Shown here piece after piece: positions 13,436 through 29,812 of a stretch of 64,000 nucleotides of DNA. Source of the DNA: Eledone cirrhosa (Eukaryota); the NCBI GenBank assembly GCA_964016885.1, contig OZ024743.1:302870001-302934000 (forward strand), given 5' to 3'. The notes beneath the pieces were generated by a model that did no database searches, was not told the DNA's origin, and worked only from the letters and a program-made list of their open reading frames with translations. The translations under genes were made by a program, and so were the position numbers. Within the stretch, counting starts at the first letter, position 1; each line of letters starts with the position of its first letter.

Positions 13436-16400
13436 TATGGATAAGGATATATATGGCTGGATAAGGATAATATATATCAAATATATAAGAACCGTAGAGC
13501 AAATATTTATTAAAATAACAGATTAAAGTTTAAGCAAAGAATCGCTGCTTTCACCCTTAACGGGATCTTCTGAAACTAACAAAGTCAATCTGTAAACGCA
13601 GAAGTGGATATTTCAAAAAACGTTGCAACCGGAGGAAGACAGGAAGACGATACTTTGGTTCGTGGAAACGTTCGCTGGCAAAGAACGAAAAAAAACGAAT
13701 ATAATACGTCATTAATAGGAGCGGTGAAAAACAATTACACGCAAAGACAGAACCACGTTTATGGTATAAAAGAGGTCGTAGACTAATGTTCTCTTAGGTG
13801 GTTCATAGAGACGTTCTCTGGCAATGAACGAAAAAAACGAAGATAATACGTCATGTGTGGAGCGTGGAGAACAATAGCACGCAAACACAAAACCACGTAA
13901 ATGGTATAGCAGAAGTCATAGACTAAAATTCTAACTAGGAGACCGAATGAATCTCCGCTACAGAGTTAAAGACAAAGTAAATAAATACAATACAGAAGTA
14001 ATAGAAATAAATAAATACATACACGCAAACAAATACGTACATACACAAGCATACGTAAAACACTTACCATAGGTATACGAAACCAAGCACATATAAATAT
14101 GTTTATGTGTGTATGTTCGTGTATACAAATAAATAAATAAGCATATAAACGTATATAAATAAATAAATACGTATATAACAAGCGCACACACATATCTACA
14201 TGTAAATACACGAATGTAAGTCAACAAAAACATGAAGTACACATATACACACACCCTACATACGTACGAACATGCATACTCGCACAGACGCAAAACTCAC
14301 GTATACACATAGCCAAACCATATGTACCAGAATATATAAAATTATACGCCATAACAATCAAATATACGTACGAGAAGGTATACGTACCTTCACAAAACAT
14401 ACGGGCAAAATATACTTACCTATGCAAATAAGTAATGGTATAAACAAAACATATACTTAGCTCCCACATCAAGACGTAAAATATCCACGTATAAATCGTA
14501 CTCTCCGTTAGGGTATAACGTGGGGCTGTAATACAGGAAAGTTTTGTGCAATTTATGTTTACAAGCCGAAATTGCCTCAGATTTTTTGTTTAAGATGTGG
14601 TCGGTGGCGTAGAGTATTTCCAGGGCCTCAGCGGCGCAGAGGTCACATTGTCTTTTATTTCCGTTATACGATCTAGCCCTAGCTAGGATCTCCCAGTGTA
14701 ACTTATATTGGGTGTGGTTGTCTTTTAGAATCCAGATATAAGCTGAAAGTGACGTCATATTCCTTCTTAGAGCGTAACGAAAAGAATGGGTATGCATGTA
14801 AAGACGCTGCTTGAATCTATTGGCGGCTAACCCTATGTAGGTCTTACGGGACTTGGGTGTTACAACCTTACATTTGTAGACAATGTTGCTAGAGAGGCAT
14901 TTCCCGGATAGGGGGAAATCAACCCGATTCCTACAATTACAGTTAGTACTAACTACAGGGTTGCACCTGTTCCTACGGCTAGGTAGTTTAGCTAAATTTG
15001 AAGCGGTGATGGTATGTGCAAGGTTAGGAGTCGTAGAGTAATACATTTTAATAGTATTTCTATTAAAAAGTTTACTATATTTAGGTGTAGGAGGAAAATG
15101 CTTCGTAATAAGGGAAAGAAAGATCTTAGCTAATGGTGTGGCCACCTCCATATTATATGGTGGGTTATACCAATATATGCGACGGGATCTATTTCTTCTA
15201 GCTCTATTTTCGTACTCTATATATGCTACCTTATCGACAAATCCACATCGAGCAAGAGCTTCAATGTAATAATTGGAATCGTCGTTGAAAATACGCTCGT
15301 TGGTGGAAAGACGGGAAAGCCTCAACGAAACGTTTCTTACCAGGTACTTGGTTATGCTGGCAGGATGGTTGGAATGCTTACTTATGTAATTAAGCGTATC
15401 ATTCGGCTTTCTATACGGGTAATACAACCCATTCAATACATTGAGAGTAACGTCGAGGTAATTAACGACCGAGAGATTGGCCTCAACCTGTATAGAGAGG
15501 TTGAAGCCTTTAAAGAAGTCTGTGAGTTCTTTTCTGAACCTGTCGCACGCACGAGGTCCGCACTTAGTCATGGTCAAAAGACCATCGTCACGGTACAAAC
15601 CACCGCCCGCGTTGGGGAAATCGTCCTTGATAGAGAAAAGAAGGAAAAGGCCGATAAGATCAGTAACCTCCGCAGAATCACTGGCGCCTATACTCACGTC
15701 GAATGGGGTACTATTGGATTTTTTTTATCCAAATAGAGTCGTCGAAATTAATCACCGACTTTCGGGCATTGAGGATGACATCAACTTCGAAATCCTTAAC
15801 CACTGTGAGTGTTTTAGCGAAATTGATAGCTCTAAGGAGAAGTGGTAAAGTGATGGAGGGGTAGTAATTGCTGATGTCGAATTGGATAAAACGGCAATGT
15901 TCCTTGTTACATATGCCGTTGAACCAATCAATCACCGCGAAACAATTGTTCCACAGTGCAAGAGGGACCAAACTTATAATTTCCGGTTTAATTCTATTAA
16001 GAATCGTTTTACTAAGTCTACCTAAATCGGACTTCGTAGGGTTAATAAGCCGAACAGATGGGTTGTTCAGAAAATTGGATTTGTGATCCTTCAGGGTAAA
16101 GTGGGGAGAAATAGGGTCCAGAGGTTCGGTCCGGTCCAGGATGTTGAGATCAGATGTGATTTTAAACCCAGCATCGTTGATTTCATTGATGACGCACCGA
16201 TTAGTTTTACGGTAATCCTTAGTTACAGCATTATGTAGTAGTTGATGGTAAGTACTGCGCTCTACTTGATATAGGTTGCCAGTTTTGTCGGAATGGACGT
16301 GCACGGCATTAGAATGATTAATAGAATGAATTCTATTCTTCAGGTCTAGCTGGAAGGAATTGCTCCTATTCCGAAATTTGATACTCCGAATGAGTTCAAA

Positions 16401-16655
16401 GACATCATTTTCGAAGGGTAGCAATGCTGGGTTACACGGGGGGTTATTATAGGTTTTAAATCCAAATTTAACCTGTTTGTTGTCTGCTTTTAGCGGATTA
16501 TAGAAATAAAAGGCACGCCAACGCAACCTTTTAATGAACGCGTCTGTTTTCTGTATCAGGAGTTTTAGGTATGTTTTCCTGCTTGGTACGGGTATGTTCT
16601 TTGTAGAAATATTCATATGTTGTTTCTGCATGATGAATATAAGTCATTAGAGTGC
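13436..16655 (-). mobile_element. Penelope-like element PLE-B (YRDD-type RT, CxC-knuckle GIY-YIG; Naiad-like), near full length
   Basis: ORFs 15711-16631 and 14420-15697, then 3' UTR/pLTR to ~13436 containing an HHR-like motif at ~13540-13580. Confidence 0.92.
14420..16631 (-). pseudogene. PLE-B polyprotein (RT + GIY-YIG), one frameshift near 15700-15725
   Basis: RLINPTKSDLG, FIQFDISNYYPSI, GASDSAEVTDLIG, GLYRDDGL, CNCR, NIVYKC..TYIGLA..FKQR, CDLCAAE; the break lies at a poly-T run (15719-15726). Confidence 0.9.
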
Positions 16656-16658
16656 TCA

Positions 16659-16818
16659 ACCGTATAATTTTATATATTTTGGTACATATGGTTTGGCTAT
16701 GTGTATAGGGGAGTTTTGCGTCTGTGAGAGTATGCAGGTTCGTACGTATGTAGGGTGTGCGTATATGTGTACTTCATGTTTTGTTTGACTTACGTCTCCG
16801 AAGATTCGTGTATTTACA
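16659..16818 (+). repeat. Inverted copy of PLE-B 3' UTR at its 5' end
   Basis: Reverse complement of ~14195-14347. Confidence 0.85.
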
Positions 16819-16819
16819 T

Positions 16820-17990
16820 TGGTGAAGTGCCCGTACCTGCTCGTCACACTCTCCTCAGTCCATCCAATCTCTCTCTCCTCTGTCTCTCCACACAGAGCAC
16901 TGAACCTCTTCCTCACTTCCACTTTGAATCTCTCCTGTAGCTTATCAACTTCCGTAAAAGCTCCCCAGTCATAGATTGCTCTCCGGGTCTGAGCCTTTCT
17001 CTTTCTTAAACTCACCCGGATTTCACTTATAACAAGTCGGTGGGCACTACCCAGTATACTGAACGAGTTTTATGGTTCTGTGTTTAGAACACTATTCCAC
17101 CACTTTTTCCTCACCAGAATGAAATCAATCTGGGACTTGGACAGGTGCATATCTGAGATGTAGGTCCACATCTTCCCCGGATTCTTCCTAATACTTAGGT
17201 TGGTTGCTATCAAATTCGCCTCCAGCAGGGTGTCTCTCAGTATTCTTCCATTTCGGTTGGTGTTGTTATGGAAGTACCAGCAAAGATCTTCACTGCCCTC
17301 CTTACTCAGATGTGCATTGAAGTCCTCCAAAACAAGCAGGATGTTGTGTGCTTGTGTGGTGTTGACAGCTCTACAAACCTTCTCATGGAACTCTTTCGCA
17401 CTCACATCAATGTATCCCTCGGTTGGACTATAGGCTGGGATTACTGTCAGTCTTGGGTTTCCATTGAAGGTCACCCTCAACACTCGCGGGCAGACAGGTA
17501 TTATTTCCCACACCAATAGACTGTTTTTTGTGCTGAAAACAAACCCACTCCTCCCACTGCAGCATTGGTCATATTCCTCACTGCCGATGTGGTGATGAGC
17601 TGGCTCCTCTTCCCAATCATCACACTCCTCACGAGCTCATCGTGTAGAATCCTGTGTTCTTGGATCGCAAGTATCTGTATACCACTCTCCTCGAACAGAT
17701 GTCCCAACTCCTCTCTCTTCTCTAGCGTCCGAATAGTCCTCACATTCAAAGTGCCAATTTTGATGGCTCTTCTGCAGGACAAAACTGCATTCTTTATATT
17801 TGTCTCAGAGACAGCTGATACATCATCCACTGGCCCTCCCTCTGGTTCTAAGCCAGCATAGTCATAACGATCAGACTTCTCCTCCACAGTGTAATTAGGG
17901 GCTCTAACCCTAGTGCTGTTAGTTAGTCTCTTCATATTTCATTTCAATGGCTGACAATACCTTACCGGCACCACTCGAATAATGTAGTTA
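16820..17990 (-). mobile_element. RTE-clade LINE 5' part (AP endonuclease), decayed and truncated
   Basis: IGTLNVRT, LAIQEHR, AYSPT, EDFNAH, QIDFIL motifs in ORFs 17501-17935, 17070-17516 and 16820-17015. Confidence 0.88.
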
Positions 17991-18119
17991 TTTAACCCAT
18001 AAATGGGGCCCTAACAAGTACTACTACTCCGGCCCAGAGCAGACCTGGGAGTTAGACAACTAAGGCGTAACTACACATTCTTCACAATTCCCGAACTCCC
18101 AAACTGGAGCCTTGCCACT

Positions 18120-18179
<60 letters not shown>

Positions 18180-18180
18180 G

Positions 18181-18227
<47 letters not shown>

Positions 18228-18750
18228 ATGTATGTGTATGTATATATATGTGTGTATGCGTGTATATATATATATATATATGTGTGTGTGTATGTGTATA
18301 TATGTGTGTGTGTGTGTATGTGTGTATGTATATGTATGTGTGTGTGTATGTATGTGTGTATATGTATATATACATGTATATGTGTATGTATATATATATG
18401 TATGTATGTGTGGATGAAGGTATGTGTGTATATATAGGTGTAAGTGCACTAAATCCCTTTCTATCACGCTCCAGTCTCCTACCCACCACAGGAAGATATG
18501 TGTGTGTATATTGCTTCCACCCCCTCACTGACCAGCAGCTGGCCAGTTGGCCATTGCTAAATCTGACCTTTATAAAATAACCCACACCCCAAATAACTTC
18601 TCATTAACTACCAGAAAGGGACACCTCAGTCAACATGTTGTTGCTACCTAGATGAAAACTACTATGAAATCCCACAATGAATTTTATACTTGAATTTTCA
18701 AATCTCAAATTTTAATCTTTTGTATTATTAATTTTTCTTAATATTAATCA

Positions 18751-18797
18751 ACATTTGAAAAGATGGCTTTTGCAGACCCATCGAAACCGGTCATTTT
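18751..18797 (+). ncRNA. Degenerate minimal hammerhead (solo pLTR-like segment ~18690-18935)
   Basis: TTGAAAA gatgg-loop-ccatc GAAA ccgg TC; palindromic stem III typical of PLE minimal HHRs; core mutated. Confidence 0.45.
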
Positions 18798-19059
18798 TTA
18801 TACCCTTTATTATTTCCTTACCTTATAAAATTATGTTTTTTCACAAAAAAGTATTCTGTCTCTTATATATTCCATGTGCCATTACCAACCTCAATTTTCT
18901 CTATAACCTTCGTTTTGTGTAGAAAATTACACTTTTCATATATATATATATATATATATATACGTATGTATAAATATATATATAAATATATTTAAAAGAT
19001 GAATTAATCTCGTTATTCACTGTAAATTATGTGTTTAAAGGAAAAGGAATCCTCAGCTC

Positions 19060-19407
19060 TTTAAAATACAATATGTAGAAAGGGTAGCACACTCGCGTGT
19101 TGCAGGACGGTTATGTTATATTTTCCAGTTGACTGGAATGTATTTGCATTGCACACGCAGATGACACATGTGCACTTCCATTTCAGTCAATAATTTCTTG
19201 GCGAAACAGATCTCTTTGGATGTGTACGTGTGTGTTATATTGTTATAGAGGTGCTTATGCACATTTCAGTTTATATTTTTAATTATTGTGTGTCTACCCT
19301 GCCTCCCATAGGTTATAGATTCCATACACTGCTGGTTTCCCTATGTTATTGATGGCACACGCTTTTTCTATCTAGTGTCTTCCCCTTTCTACATATTGTA
19401 TTTTAAA
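19060..19407. mobile_element. MITE with ~35-bp terminal inverted repeats
   Basis: tttaaaatacaatatgtagaaaggg ... ccctttctacatattgtattttaaa. Confidence 0.7.
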
Positions 19408-19630
19408 TATATATGTATATATATACATATTGATTTTCTGAGCTTAACGTTTTCTAAAATACTAGCAGAATGGCCCGACGTTGCTCGGGATTTGCTCTAG
19501 GGTTTGTATATATTTGAAATACATTTATCCTTATCGATCCTCGTGCAAAAATATATGTATATATATATGACTGAATCAAGATTTAAGGGTTCATCCATGC
19601 GTACACTATATATACGGCTAGGCATATGAC

Positions 19631-19689
<59 letters not shown>

Positions 19690-19767
19690 CATGTTCTCAG
19701 TCCAATGACTAAGAGCAATAAAAGAAATGTGTGTGTATATACATATGTGTGTATATATACATGTGTG

Positions 19768-20563
19768 TATGCTGACCGGATAACCATCATGTTGCTTGCT
19801 GTTTTTCCGACCTTCGGTTTGCTTTTCCTTCTTGTTGTTTACTTGTCTCACTCGCTTTACACGATTCACTTGTCCCAATAGCTTATTTTAGTTATTGCAC
19901 GTACCAACCTGAGGTATCTGATTTTTAATGCGATGAAATACCAATGATGGTTGGTAAATCACTGATGAGTGACTAATTTTATAATATGTAACCCATGTGC
20001 AACCACGCAGTATTCCTCTTCCCTTGTTTTTCATACATATTTACCTAGACTGCGATTATCTGTTTCTCTCTTTCTCTCTTACTGCTTCCCCGTTCTCTCT
20101 GTTTCTCTTACCTTCCTTCGCCCCCTCTGTCAGTTACACTTTCTCTTGACTGACCTCTTCCTCGCACTTCCACTCACTCGCTCTCTGTGTCTCCCCTTCT
20201 CACTTCCTCCCATTCGCTAGTAGTGGGGTTCCTTCCTTCTCACACCTCATTCACGGCGTACGGTCTGCTTTTCTGACCGCTCATGAAATTCATCCAGTTA
20301 TGCTGACCGGATAACCATCATGTTGTTTGGTGTTTTTCCGACCTTCGGTTTGCTTTTCCTTCTTGTTGTTTACTTGTCTCACTCGCTTTAAGAGATTCAC
20401 TTGTCCCAATAGCTTATTTTAGTTATTGCTCGCACCAACCTGAGGTATCTGATTTTTAATGCGATGAAATACCAATGATGGTTGGCAAATCACTGATGAG
20501 GGACTAATTTTATAATATGTAACCCATGTGCAACCACGCAGTATTCCTCTTCCCTTGCTTTTC

Positions 20564-20565
<2 letters not shown>
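19768..20565 (+). repeat. Family R2: 531-bp unit in 1.5 tandem copies, non-coding, with hammerhead-like parts
   Basis: 19768-20034 repeats at 20299-20565; flanked by microsatellites. Confidence 0.88.
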
Positions 20566-20641
<76 letters not shown>

Positions 20642-21105
20642 GGAGAGATAGAGATTGGTGGAGTCTACAGAGTGCGATAGTTCTAAATCAGCAGCCGTAC
20701 AATCTTTTCACATCAAAAGTCTAAAGAATTTGAACATCTTTGCAAGAATTTATTCTATTGACTCTTGGTAGGTTATAAGTGATAGGTTACAATTTCGTGT
20801 GTACATGCCAAACACTCTCCCCAGAACGGCCAATGTTTTTGTCAGAATGTATGAATACAATTCTCTTGATATTTTAAGGGAATAATTAAACTTGTTTACA
20901 CTAATAGGTGAATACACAGAAGTCATTAGTCCTCTTAAAATATTAGATTTTTACAATTAATTTTTAATAGTATAAGAGGGCTATTGTATTTCAACGTGAC
21001 CTAGAGACATTTAGGCGACACTGTATTTTCGAGCACTAAGAGTGAATGCAATTAATTGAAATAAGGCACGAAATCAATTCGCCATTTTTGAGAAACAGTA
21101 GCTTT

Positions 21106-21163
<58 letters not shown>

Positions 21164-21181
21164 CAGAATGTATATATAGTA

Positions 21182-21318
21182 CAGAATTAGCCGTCGAAAC
21201 GGCTTGAGCTCAGCCGTCGGGGTCTTACTTACTCCTATTACCCACTCTACTACCCTAAGTATTGAGTACTTTGGTGCGTTATGGTCCACCTGGTTCCTTA
21301 CCACTTTTTTTCCGTCGC
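21182..21318 (+). repeat. Short dispersed repeat (family forming the 12527-13321 palindrome; also 37680-37805 on - and 54750-54805)
   Basis: cagaattagccgtcgaaacggcttgagctcagc...cctggttccttaccac shared among copies. Confidence 0.85.
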
Positions 21319-21349
<31 letters not shown>

Positions 21350-21356
21350 ATATATA

Positions 21357-21400
<44 letters not shown>

Positions 21401-21835
21401 GCACAGTGTGGAATAGTAAAAGGAAACTAGAACGTTGGCACGTGTGAAAAAATAAGTACTTTAAATTCAATGAGGTAAGAAATATCAGGTTTTCTACGTC
21501 AGGATGGAAAGAGAGTTTTGTAGTTTTATTCTCAAATGTGGAGTAAAGAAATAATTACTGAATTAATGCTTGGGTGTAATATTGTATGTTACATCCTCAC
21601 CTGAAAGCAATGCCAATTATTTAAATTCGTGTGTTAAAATTTATTATATGGCAGCTTACCATGGAATATTAAAAACATAAAAAGCAAACAAGCAAACAAA
21701 CGATATACGTAAATTTACAAATAAATAAATATCCAACCATATTGGGAGTAAAACAAATGATATCCCTAAGTACTGAATGCTTTCATAGACAGAAAATGTT
21801 TTCCAAAAATTCTTAAGGCAGAATATGATCACATT

Positions 21836-21959
<124 letters not shown>

Positions 21960-22054
21960 TATACACACATACACACATATATATATATTATATATATGTA
22001 TGTATGTGTATATATGTATGTATATATAAAATCACATATCATTATTTCTTCAAG

Positions 22055-22152
22055 GTTAACTTTACCTTTCATACTTACGGGGTCGATAAAATAAAGTACC
22101 AGTAATGCACTGGTGGTTTGCTGGCCTTGTGCCTAACGTAGAAACAATTATT
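22055..22152 (+). mobile_element. tRNA-derived SINE, 3' fragment
   Basis: cctttcatacttacggggtcgataaaataaagtaccag...tagaaacaatt, matches 38991-39185. Confidence 0.8.
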
Positions 22153-23005
22153 TCTTATTTTTACTCGATTTTACTAAAGTCCAATATACATGGTAATAGC
22201 AAACCCTCAAAATTGACAATTCAAAGTAAACGTCACCCTGACGATAACAACATAATTTGAAAACGTCATAAAGTCTTTTTTTTTTTTTATTCATTTCATA
22301 TCTTTCCATTCAGCTTGAAATGTGCTTCTTTACTGCGAATAGCAAACTCAAAAGTACAAAAAGCAATGAAGATTTTTGATGTACGTGACGTTGTGTATTT
22401 TATATTAAAACCTATATTTCCTGTTCATTTTTTTTAATATTTCAAGATTATGAATGTATGTTATATTTTTCTCTCTAATGCAAGAAGGCAATATTACGAA
22501 GAGATTATTTTTGGAAATGGATGAAGCGAGTGTTTTATGAAACAAACAAAATTTAACATATACGCAAATATAAGATATTTGTAACATGAAGTGTTTCAGG
22601 AATTGGGTTATGCTATTCTACGTTTGGTGTTTAAATACAGTGTTTACTACTTTGGTTTTTTATCCTTGCTGAATCAATAAATTATCTTTTAAGTTTGTGG
22701 ATGGGGCTAATCAAGTATTTTCTCACAAAAGTTTGTTTCATTGTGATATTGCTGGAAATCAATACCATTATAATGGAATGTTTCAAAGAAGAGACTATTG
22801 TATTTGAGCGTTCGAATTTACAGTGCCGTGACGTCACACAGACAGTCACGTGACAGATGGCACGGTACGCAGACACAGTGGCACATAAACATGTAGCATG
22901 ATAATTTGCTGGATGCATAGATATATTCGTAATTATGTAGGCAGTCGCAAGTGCATATATATGTGTGTATGAATGTATGCACTCATGTATGCAAGCATGC
23001 ATGTA

Positions 23006-23879
<874 letters not shown>

Positions 23880-23880
<1 letters not shown>

Positions 23881-25240
23881 ATATTCCCAAATCTTCCGTC
23901 ATCGTCGACTCTGTAGCCAGGACGACGATTTAGAAACCCATTCCCTTCGCATGGCTTCCTGCATCATCGAGCGTGTATACCCCCCTACTTTGATCCAAGC
24001 TTCTCTCACCCGCGCCATTGAAGCATACCGCCCCACAGCCCTCTCACCACACCCATGTTACTTTCCCTCTCACCAACCACCCCACTACCCTACCACTCCG
24101 GCGACATATATTCTGTTCCTTCCGTATCCTCTCTTCTGAGCCCGTCACTTCTCGCTTTTTTCAAACCCACACATTAATTCGTTTAAGCGCGCCCACAACC
24201 TCAGTAACCTCCTGGTTCGCAGTTCTTTTTCGTCCTCTCCCACGACTGCACCCGGCTCTCATCCTTGTTCCCTTTCCCATTGCAACATTTGTCCCTTTAT
24301 TTCCACCCTCACCACACTTACAGTCCCTAACGGGTCTTTCCATATCGGCCATTCCTTCACCTGCATATCCACACATATGCCCTCCGATGTTCCCTTTGCG
24401 GGTCTTTATATATCGGACAAACGGGACGCAGTTTGGAGGACCGTTTTGCCGAACATTTGACGGACATCAGACTCGGTTTGGATACTCTGTCGCCCGTCAT
24501 TTTCGTTCTCCTGGTCATTCTTCTTTACATGTTTCAGTCCTGGGTGTCCTTTTACATCATGGATAACAGGCTTCACGCACCAGGACTCAACAAAGTCTGA
24601 TTCACCGCCTTGGGTCCTATTCTCTTCTTGGACTCAACTCACCTCCCCAATTTCTCTAATACACCGTTCATTAACACACCCCTAGATTCCTATCGCTTTC
24701 TCATTATCCTTAGCAGCTTCTCTTACAACTAATACATGCCGATACACACCCTTATATTAACATACCTTTGCTCATAGGTTCGTACGCACATGCACACACA
24801 CTCTTTTACTCACATGTACACACACATTTCTTCGTAACTTCGTAAGAACCTATAACAACACATAGACACGCACACACACTAACACATACACACACATGCT
24901 TACGCACGTGCTCAAGTATAACTCTTTTTACAAAAGGTTTTTTTTTCCATTTCAGGTAGACGCGCTCCATCATCCACTTTTCTAAAAAACAAATCATACA
25001 CAAAACGCCAGCACCATGAATGGACCTGTTATTTTTATGAAAATACATTTTTTCAAATTACATCACCCTCGTCCTCTCAAACTATTTTATTTCTCATTCT
25101 TTCTTTCGATGAAGGACTAGCATCCGAAACGTTAAGACCCTCTTCCTGCTATATCAAGCGTTAACCTAATATATACCTTCCATATACTTACCGATTGTGT
25201 TGTTATTTCTCTTTACCTTTTTACATGCATACATATACTC
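23880..25240 (+). mobile_element. 5'-truncated, decayed PLE-C (GIY-YIG + pLTR)
   Basis: tatatcggacaaacgggacgc = YIGQTGRSLEDRFAEH, VARHFRSPGH; HHR-like tcgatgaaggactagcatccgaaacgtta at ~25106-25134. Confidence 0.8.
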
Positions 25241-25329
25241 CAGTCCTATAAACTGTAGAGTGCTTCTTATCCGATATCTGCATTGCTTTATTGTACTACA
25301 ATAAAACTCACCTCCTATATATATATATA

Positions 25330-25745
25330 TAATAAAATAATAGGTGGCTGGACTGAAGTAAATCTTTGAAAGTTTTATTATACTATGATCATTTCAATGA
25401 CCGGGTTCAGTACGGATCCGGTGACATAATCAGTTATTCAAAATATAACAAAGGAATTTTAACAGATAAAATCCATGGGGCTGAAAATCAGAGACAACAG
25501 GGCGACCGACTATTTAGCAGCTTCTACCTCGGTCGGCCGCCCTTAAATGATCATAGTATAATAAACATTTAAAGGATTTACACCAGTCCAGCCTCCTGTT
25601 ATTTTATTCCGTACTCGCACCACCAAGTACTCAAACGAAGACGAGTGAACTGCATTACGCTGAGTGCTCTCCATAATATTACATCGATGTTGACCATACG
25701 GAATGACCAGTTTTAACCAGTGGTGAACCAACAAACCTAAATAAA
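25330..25745. repeat. Family R4: HHR-bearing repeat with inverted partner (another copy at 62602-62960)
   Basis: 25545-25595 is the revcomp of 25340-25394; HHR on - at 25380-25437 with core CTGATTA. Confidence 0.7.
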
Positions 25746-25785
25746 ATATATATAAATATTCTGAATAATATATATATATATTATA

Positions 25786-27880
25786 ACTTCGACATCACGA
25801 TGGGGGATAAGGACTCGTCTCAAGTCACATATTTAGTATGTATTTACATAGCCCATAGTTTACAGAGGGAGCTTAGCGACCTTCACGGTAGAATCTACAG
25901 AGACGACGCCTTTTTCCTAGTTAATAACCTAAATAACCAGAACATAGAAAGACTGCGTAAGATTATTAGAAAGACTATCGGGAAACTGGGCCTTAGCATA
26001 ACGTATGAATATAGCACTAAAATAGTTAACTTTCTAGACGCGACGATTAACCTAAATACGGGACTTATAAGATCTTTTCACCAGATTAATGAAAACCTAG
26101 CATACATCAACTATAATTCGAACCACCCACTATCCATAATTAAAACCGTTCCACGCAGCACATAGCTTAAGATCTGCCGTCTTTCGTCTAACCAACAAAT
26201 ATTCGAGGGACATGCAGAGTACTACAATACCGCACTAGACGAGGCAGGCCACTTAGATAGAGTAGAATATATAGATGAATGTCTCCGCAAAGCACACACG
26301 AACACACATAGCACAAACTCCAGAAACACACGCACACACACATATACATACAGAACTACAAATTATAATGAACATAGAAATACAACATCGAAATCAAGCA
26401 GGTCACGCAGTAGAAAATATATTAGGTATAACCCCATATTTAACACGTCTATTAGTACTAACCTACCCTCTACCTTCTTTAGAATAATAAATAAGCACTT
26501 TCCAGATTCACATAGATACAGCAAAATCCTTAACCCTAAATCTATTAGACTATCTTACTTCACGGCACCAAACATAGAGGCAAACATTAAGATGCTTAAC
26601 GCTAATAAGATACGTAACAACACCAGAACACAAATTTATAACAATAACAATACAATTACCATTGGACACAACAGAATATCTAATGCACAACAACCCACTA
26701 ATAGGCAAACAAGACGTAACACACTTGTACGGACTCGCAGCCCACTAATAATGCAATGGTTGCCCTTGACAAGAATTGTAATTGCCACCTACCTGAAACC
26801 TGTCCATTACATAACGAATGTATGCAGTCTAACCTGGTTTACCAATGCACAGTAGAAGCAGACAACCAGAAATGGTATTACATCGGAGCGACTGGGAATA
26901 CGTTTAAAGCCCGTTGGTATACACACCGTTCCGCAATGAAACATTCCCAGCATCGTTATGTAACTACCCTTGCAAACAAGACCTGGCAACTGAGGGAAAG
27001 TAACCATCAATACACCGTGAAGTGGAAAAAATTATCGAACGCGCCCCCATATCGGAGTGGTATGAGAAGCTGTCGATTATGTGACCTTGAGCTGTTCCAC
27101 AGTTCGAATATTAAGTTACTCAACAATAACATCGAAAGATCGATTTATTGTAACCATATACTCAAAGAAAAGTGTTCGCACTACAAGTGCAAATCGAACC
27201 CTTAACCTCTCACTATCACCTGACAAACTGCATATACTATATATATTTATCTCTCTATCTCTACCCCTCTCTCTCTCTTTCTCTCTCTCTCTCTCTATCT
27301 ATCTATCTCTCCATCCCTCCCACTATAAACAATTTAATTCTCTTTAACTCACTACACTCTAAATCGACGACATCATGTCTACATTTATCAAAACTGATCA
27401 AAGATTCCTTCCACCTATACCCCACCCTCCATCTTAGTTTGTCACCCGACTTCATAATTCTTCTCCCTCTTCCTCTCTCTCTATACTTCTCCCTTTGTCA
27501 CTCCACTTTCTAATTACTCTTCCTCTCTCTCTATACTAGCAAATACAATTCCAAAAAATATGTTTCTCTATATACTAAGAACTTGTTAATATTAACTTAT
27601 TCACTATTTTGAAAATTTGGACGTGTACAACAATTATTAGTGAGTAGCTGCTATTTGCAGTATAAGGTTGACCTTACAAATGAAACGGTCGTAAATAACT
27701 GGATAAAATCCTTTATTTAATGCTTACCTGTGTTTTCTCTTTTATCCTTTACACTCCAAGATTGAACGTGATTCTTACCAACTTGTGGAGTTACCCCAAA
27801 CCGTACGTTAAAACCGTCCGTGAAACCGACTGAATTAACCACGAAATGGATTACAATAAGCAATCTTCTGCTTCCTTAAT
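25786..27880 (+). mobile_element. 5'-truncated PLE-D (YRDD-type RT C-half + GIY-YIG)
   Basis: FDITMGDKDSSQV, GRIYRDDAF, VNFLDATINL, SNHP; CNCHLPETCPL, LVYQC..YYIGAT..FKARW, CRLCDLE. Confidence 0.9.
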
Positions 27881-27895
27881 TATATATATATAATA

Positions 27896-29812
<1,917 letters not shown>

